A DNA stretch of 64,000 nucleotides from Podarcis cretensis (Eukaryota): contig OX638164.1 in NCBI GenBank assembly GCA_951804945.1, forward strand, positions 6,262,001-6,326,000. The letters run 5' to 3'. The translations under genes and the position numbers were made by a program. This document shows, one piece after another, positions 60,310 through 64,000 of this stretch. A model generated the notes under the pieces. It had not been told where the DNA came from. It was given only the letters and a program-made list of their open reading frames with translations, and did not search any database. The stretch's first letter is position 1; the number at the start of each line of letters is the position of its first letter.

Positions 60310-63107
60310 TACACACATGCACACACCCTTCTCGACCATCCAGGCAAGCCAAGAGGACAGGCAAGCATTGAGTGAGGGTGCAGAGTAGGGCCTGTGTGTC
60401 TCCTGGGAACAGCCAGAGAGAAAGCGATCTGGAGGGTTGTGCTTGGCCCAGGGTTTCTTTTTCATTAAAGTGGACCCCCTTCTGCCTGGCAGGCGATGAC
60501 CCCTGCCTCCATCGCTGCGAGGACAAGGAGGAGGACGGGGACAGCTGTGTGGAGTGCTGGGCAAATTCGGAAGACAACAACATGAAAGGCAAGAGCAAGA
60601 AGAAGAAAAAGAAAAGCAAGAAGGGCGAGGCCGAACATGTAAGTCTGAGGTTTTCTCGGGGAGCCTACTCTGGATGGCCACGTGCTGCTTCCACAGTCCG
60701 ATGTCATCTAGGGGAAGTCTAACCAAATCCAATGAATTTCATTTTCATTTCGTCACATTTTTGTCCTGCTTTTCCTCCAAGGAGCTCAAGGTGACATACG
60801 TCCTTCTCCCCCACCCCATTTAATCCCCAGCACAACCCTGCGAGGTGCAGGTTAGGCTGAGAATGAGCAACCTGCCCAAGGTCACCAGCGAGCTGCATGC
60901 CATAACAAGGTTTCCCTTCCCCTCCCCTGCTCCTGCCCCATTTCGGTGAGTGGCAGCAGAGCCGCTGTCAGGAGGGTGACTCCACGGCACACTGCCAGTT
61001 GCTCCCAATTTGGGTGTGGGTGTAAATGAGTAAGGGATGCGGGTGGCGCTGTGGGTTAAACCACAGAGCCTAGGACTTGCCGATCAGAAGGTCGGTGGTT
61101 CGAATCCCCGCGATGGGGTGAGCTCCCGTTGCTCAGTCCCTGCTCCTGCCAACCTAGCAGTTCGAAAGGACATCAAAGTGCAAGTAGATAAATAGGTACT
61201 ACTCCGGCGGGAAAGTAAACGGCCACATGACCCAGAAGCTGTACGCTGGCTCCCTCGGCCAATAAAGCGAGATGAGCGCTGCAACCCCAGAGTCGGTCAC
61301 AACTGGACCTAATGGTCAGGGGTCCCTTTACCTATAAATTTACCTATAAATGAGTAACCCTCCCTTCCTTCCCTGGACGCGGGTTTCCGGCTTCAGATCC
61401 AGAAGCTGAGCAGCTGCGCCGTAGACCCGAGTAGCCACGAGAGCTCCGGCAGCGCCACGCACACGGAGTTCCACCGGGACAAGACCAAAGACCCGCACAG
61501 CGACACCTGCTGCCGCGCAGAGAAGGGCGGGCAGCCATGGTTGGAGCACAGGAAAACGGCGCTGTCGTGCGCAGAACTTCCAGAGGCAGCCTCTGCTCCA
61601 GACTCTGGGAAAGGTGCCAAGAGCTTGGTGGAACTCCTCGTAAGTAGCCGGAGAGGCTTCCTTTTCTGGGTGGATGGTGATGCTGAGAGGGCTGCATTGG
61701 TTTGCCTCTTAGCTGCCGAGCCGTCCTCAAAGGTTTTGTTGCTGAAGTGTTGAGCCTTAAGCAACTTGGGCTAGCTAAAATGCCAAGGGGTGGGAGGCAT
61801 CCTGCCCGGGGGCCGAATGCAGCCCGTCAGGCCTCCACAGTTGGCCCACCAGGCTGTTTTGCGAGAACCACACCCTTACCTGACGATCTTCTAGTGAGCT
61901 TCCGGTTGTTCTTTGGTGAAGCAAAGCACACTCCCAGTGCCCATGGACCAGCGGTTTAGTCAGTGGTGAGTTTTCTAGACCCAGCCACCAGCTCCTCAAA
62001 TATCGGCTCTGTATTTTGAATAAGAACATAAGACAAGCCTGCTGGGTCAGGCCAGTGGCCCATCTAGTTCCAGCATCCTGTCTTCACAGTAGCCAAGCTG
62101 ATGGCCAGTCGCCATCGATAGCCCTCTCCTTCGCCATGAATTTGTCCCTTCTTCTTTTGAAGCCACCCAAGTTGGTGGCTGGGACGTGGGTGGTGCTGTG
62201 GATTAAACCACAGAGCTTAGGACTTGCCAATCAGAAGGTCGACGGTTTGAATCCCCGCGACGGGCTCGGTCCCTGCTCCTGCCTACCTAGCAGTTCGAAA
62301 GCACATCAAAGTGCAAGTAGATAAATAGGTACCACTCCGGCAGGAAGGTAAACAGCATTTCCTTGCACTGCTCTGGTTCGCCAGAAGCGGCTTAGTCATG
62401 CTGGCCACATGACCCAGAAGCTGTATGTGGACAAACGCCAGCTCCCTCGGCCTATAGAGCGAGATGAGCGCGCAACCCGAGTCGTCTGTGACTGGACCTA
62501 ACGGTCAGGGGTACCTTTACCTTTAAGTTGGTGGCTATCACTGCCTCCGGGGGAGTGAATTCTGTAGTTTATGCCCTGCTTGAAAAACGATTTTATCTGT
62601 CCTAAGCCTTCCAACATTCATCTGAAGAAGGTGGTGGGGCTCTCCTTCTCTGGGGGTTTCTAACCAGAGGTCAGGTGGCAGTCTGTCAGGGGTTCTGTAG
62701 ATACGATTCCTGCATTGGATCAGATTACCCTGGGGGGGGGTCCCTTTCTGTTAACTTTTAGCGGGTCCACTCTGAATAGGACTAACATAGAATGCCACCT
62801 GTTAAGTTTAAGAAACGGGCAGAAAATTGGGTTGAGATCCGCATCGGGGTGCCCTACGTGTCCTTTTTTTCACCTTCCCTCCGTCGCCTCTTCTCATTTG
62901 CAGGATGAATCCGAATGCACTTCCGACGAGGAAATCTTCATCTCGCAAGACGAGATCCAGTCGTTCATGGCAAACAACAAGTCTTTCTACAGCAATAGAG
63001 AGCAGTACCGCCAGCACCTGAAGGAGAAATTTAACAAATACTGCCGCTTGAACGATCACAGGAGGCCGGTTTGTAGCGGCTGGCTGACGACAGCCGGAGC
63101 GAACTAA
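35130..63107 (+). CDS. GGNBP2: Gametogenetin-binding protein 2 (ZNF403); 13 coding exons, 2079 nt, 692 aa
   Basis: Runs from MARLVAVCRDGEEEFPFERRQIPLYIDDTLT to CSGWLTTAGAN*; all introns GT-AG with consistent phase; follows PIGW as in mammals. Confidence 0.97.
37258..37499. mobile_element. Tigger/pogo-like MITE, same family as 29379-29605 in opposite orientation
   Basis: TIRs CAGTGGTACCTC / GAGGTACCACTG; shared interior TTCCGGGTTAGCGGAG. Confidence 0.82.
37572..37939. mobile_element. hAT-type MITE, copy A
   Basis: TIRs CAGTGTTAGAAA / TTTCTAACACTG; 8-bp TSD gacacagt / gacacaga. Confidence 0.78.
38467..38822 (+). mobile_element. Sauria SINE, full length
   Basis: tRNA-like head (GGTGGC..., GGTTCGAATCC), (ACCTTT)n tail, TSD aaatatatttg(a/g)ta. 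Confidence 0.9.
39847..40015 (+). mobile_element. Sauria SINE, 3' half
   Basis: Matches the 3' half of 38467-38822; ACCTTT tail. Confidence 0.88.
40052..40226 (-). mobile_element. Sauria SINE, 3' half, inverted
   Basis: Reverse complement of 39847-40015. Confidence 0.88.
42290..42620 (-). mobile_element. CR1 LINE 3' fragment
   Basis: Translation GRTQMNGFPL...RKNFW.VRAV...PSLELFKERFD resembles the CR1 ORF2 C-terminus; followed by the GGTTGGACTAGATGACC 3'UTR motif. Confidence 0.8.
43615..43810 (+). mobile_element. tRNA-derived squamate SINE (Squam3-like), representative copy
   Basis: GTAGCT...GGTTCAATCCCC head and GAGCTAGATGGACCAATGGTCTGACT tail. Related copies at ~1318-1480(-), 9655-9775, 13925-14122, 14180-14358, 17243-17402, 17520-17700, 19483-19675(-), 27818-27960(-), 28050-28215(-), 44475-44760 and 52575-52680. 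Confidence 0.75.
43820..44440 (+). mobile_element. Probable RTE-clade LINE fragment
   Basis: Motif CATCCACCTGGGAAGGCAGCCCATCTAGGAG...GGCTAAGGAGTAAACCC recalled as RTE-type 5' sequence; not searched. Confidence 0.35.
44863..45030. mobile_element. Small TIR element, possibly PIF/Harbinger-like
   Basis: GGG..GATCTACAC / GTGTAGATC..CCC inverted termini; TSD ambiguous. Confidence 0.55.
45437..45517 (+). CDS. GGNBP2: GGNBP2 exon 3 (MVMEFPDNVLNLDGHQNSGAQLKQFIQ)
   Basis: 81 nt, TTGCAG acceptor and GTAGGT donor. Confidence 0.94.
46566..46916. mobile_element. Tigger/pogo-like MITE with internal TTAGCGG tandem array
   Basis: TIRs CAGTGGTGCC(T/C)CGCAAGACGAA with TA TSD. Confidence 0.85.
47228..47481 (+). 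CDS. GGNBP2: GGNBP2 exon 4 (RHSMLKQQDLN...CVGC...LFYVH)
   Basis: 254 nt, CCTAG acceptor and GTACG donor. Confidence 0.94.
47537..47646 (-). mobile_element. tRNA-Lys(CTT)-derived SINE fragment with CR1 tail
   Basis: Minus strand AGACTCTTAATCTTAGGGTCACGGGTTCGATCCTCATGTTGGG resembles the 3' half of tRNA-Lys-CTT, joined to GGGGGTTGGACTAGATGACC. Confidence 0.7.
48295..48645 (-). mobile_element. Sauria SINE, full length
   Basis: Reverse complement of 38467-38822. Confidence 0.9.
48741..48839 (+). CDS. GGNBP2: GGNBP2 exon 5 (SKLNEMIDAIPKSKKNKRCQLHSLDTHKPKPL)
   Basis: 99 nt, polyT-AAAG acceptor and GTAAGT donor. Confidence 0.94.
50775..50888 (+). CDS. GGNBP2: GGNBP2 exon 6 (GCWMDVWELM...YLRKHR)
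   Basis: 114 nt, TGCAG acceptor and GTGAGC donor. Confidence 0.94.
51220..51440 (+). mobile_element. MIR-like tRNA-headed SINE, representative copy
   Basis: GTGGTTAGAG...GGTTCAAATCCCCACTCAGCC...CTCAGCCTAA..ACCTCACAGG. Related copies at ~22275-22470, 35870-36050(-), 39520-39700(-), 46930-47150 and 60760-60900(-). Confidence 0.65.
52766..52969 (+). CDS. GGNBP2: GGNBP2 exon 7 (FCTDCKNKVL...AEPEFAGG); alternative donor after 52975
   Basis: 204 nt, AACAG acceptor and GTATGA donor; second donor GTATGT 6 nt downstream. Confidence 0.92.
56649..56823 (+). CDS. GGNBP2: GGNBP2 exon 8 (RRERHAKTIDIAQEE...RKSFE)
   Basis: 175 nt, TCCAG acceptor and GTACT donor. Confidence 0.94.
57080..57274 (+). CDS. GGNBP2: GGNBP2 exon 9 (MAVERVQG...basic NLS-like KKRQKRKNRRKNK...SQEK)
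   Basis: 195 nt, CACAG acceptor and GTAAGT donor. Confidence 0.94.
57350..57510 (-). mobile_element. L2-clade LINE ORF2 fragment
   Basis: Translation HALVNSRLDYC..LY.GLPLK...LQ.VQNAAA.LL is typical of the L2 C-terminus; another piece at ~53330-53420(+). Confidence 0.72.
58007..58151 (+). CDS. GGNBP2: GGNBP2 exon 10 (ENFLESGCKAC...SPKIKK)
   Basis: 145 nt, TCCAG acceptor and GTATGT donor. Confidence 0.92.
58316..58657 (+). mobile_element. Sauria SINE, near full length
   Basis: Same body and ACCTTT tail. Confidence 0.9.
58937..59179. mobile_element. Tigger/pogo-like MITE
   Basis: TIRs CAGTGGTACCTTGGTTC / GAACCAAGGTACCACTG with TA TSD. Confidence 0.85.
59342..59388. repeat. Compound (TTA)n(GTA)n microsatellite
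   Basis: Direct reading. Confidence 0.9.
59713..59838 (+). CDS. GGNBP2: GGNBP2 exon 11 (LSAHCNGSDCGYSSS...CNHDEN)
   Basis: 126 nt, TCTAG acceptor and GTAGGT donor. Confidence 0.93.
60269..60308. repeat. (TTA)n microsatellite, tail of a LINE-derived repeat
   Basis: Direct reading. Confidence 0.85.
60493..60638 (+). CDS. GGNBP2: GGNBP2 exon 12 (DDPCLHRC...KKKKKKSKKGEAEH)
   Basis: 146 nt, GGCAG acceptor and GTAAGT donor. Confidence 0.92.
61034..61346 (+). mobile_element. Sauria SINE with internal deletion
   Basis: TSD TAAATGAGTAA at 61023-61033 and 61347-61357. Confidence 0.9.
61397..61639 (+). CDS. GGNBP2: GGNBP2 exon 13 (IQKLSSC...GAKSLVELL)
   Basis: 243 nt, TTCAG acceptor and GTAAGT donor. 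Confidence 0.92.
62181..62524 (+). mobile_element. Sauria SINE nested in an older repeat
   Basis: TSD AAGTTGGTGGCT at 62169-62180 and 62525-62536. Confidence 0.9.
62904..63107 (+). CDS. GGNBP2: GGNBP2 last coding exon (DESECTSDEEIFISQDEI...GAN*)
   Basis: 204 nt, TTGCAG acceptor, TAA stop. Confidence 0.95.
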   Translation, partial: DESECTSDEEIFISQDEIQSFMANNKSFYSNREQYRQHLKEKFNKYCRLNDHRRPVCSGWLTTAGAN

Positions 63108-63111
63108 ACCC

Positions 63112-63117
63112 AATAAA
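63112..63117 (+). terminator. Possible proximal GGNBP2 polyadenylation signal
   Basis: AATAAA 4 nt after the stop codon. Confidence 0.4.
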
Positions 63118-63668
63118 ATTAGCTCTGTCTTTCAATGAAATCTTTCGAGACGACTACTGCGCCTTTTCTGTCTTCGAAAACAAAACACTTTCTTTAGCAA
63201 CTAAACAAAAATCTTACCTTTAAAAAATCAATGTGGCTTTCTGTTTCCTTTCGTTCTTTTTCTCTCTCTGATGCCCCCACTCCTGTGCAGGAGGCTGGTG
63301 GAGGTGATAACTTTTAATTTTGGGTTTCTTCCCCCTCCCACCCCTCCTGGCACCCCGTTTCAGGCTTGGATCTTTAGTTTTGGCTAGATTGAGGCAAGCC
63401 CTTAGACCTTCATAATTTAAGCCATTTCTGTCTCTCTGTCTCTCTCTTTCTCTCTGTCTTTTCATTCAGTGTTTCTCTTAACTGTGACACTTAACAAACA
63501 GACAAAAAAAAAGCAACTTAGTGGCAAAAGTAATGTTGTACTTATAATTCTGTACAGAAATGACAATGAACTCAATATAAAGATTTTACAAAGTAGACAT
63601 CCATTTGCAAAAAGAGGAAAAAAATGTTCTGGATGTAATATGTTGAAGCGCAATGTGCAAAATTTAAA

Positions 63669-63674
63669 AATAAA
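63669..63674 (+). terminator. Probable distal GGNBP2 polyadenylation signal
   Basis: AATAAA at the end of an AU-rich 3'UTR, after which repeat-derived sequence resumes. Confidence 0.6.
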
Positions 63675-64000
63675 GAATATTTATTAATATGCATAGTAAA
63701 ATCAAACAAAAAAAGGTGTGCATGTTTCTACTCCTTGCGGTGAAAGAGTGCTGAAATGTCTCCAGAGCCAGGCATGTTTTCCCTATGTTAGAAGAGGGCT
63801 GGGAAATCTGTAGCTGACCAGTTGGTGCTGGACTACAACTCCCACCATTCCTCTCTGCTGGCTGGGGCTGATGGGAGTTGGAGTCCAACAGCATCTGGAG
63901 GGCCACTGGTTAATCACCCCTACCTTGGGACTACTATTTGTAGTTGATTTTTTTGTTTATATCCCGCTCTTAGAGCAGCTCACAACTGTTCATTTCTAAG

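Noticed and set aside
1-64000. Prokaryotic-type novel system (CRISPR, defence island, retron)
   Set aside because: The window is spliced vertebrate DNA, and the only reverse transcriptase is a standard L1 ORF2

Overview
This is vertebrate genomic DNA, not microbial. The repeat content (Sauria SINEs, tRNA-Lys/CR1-tailed SINE) points to a squamate, most likely a lacertid lizard (inference). The window holds the conserved MYO19-PIGW-GGNBP2 block (human 17q12 order). MYO19 lies on the minus strand: 5' motor-domain exons at 754-14518, with the gene running off the left edge. PIGW is head-to-head with it across a CpG-island promoter (~19.9-20.8 kb) and has a single coding exon at 23973-25484 (503 aa). 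GGNBP2 is complete on the plus strand: CpG promoter ~31.5-32.3 kb, 13 coding exons at 35130-63107, 692 aa by my exon sum. Introns carry a young 5'-truncated L1 with a 17-bp TSD, two solo LTRs in inverted orientation, Tc/pogo- and hAT-type MITEs, seven Sauria SINEs and many older SINE/CR1/L2 fragments. I see no wholly new gene system. The best leads are RNA-processing features: (1) a tandem-donor/intron read-through switch at GGNBP2 exon 7 giving a 288-aa isoform; (2) a near-adjacent inverted SINE pair (dsRNA hairpin) inside a MITE in GGNBP2; (3) divergent solo LTRs upstream of GGNBP2; (4) ATG-at-exon-end alternative N-termini in both MYO19 and GGNBP2; (5) a stop-free in-frame MYO19 intron. Exon boundaries were read by eye from GT/AG sites and phase consistency; repeat family names are from recall and were not searched.
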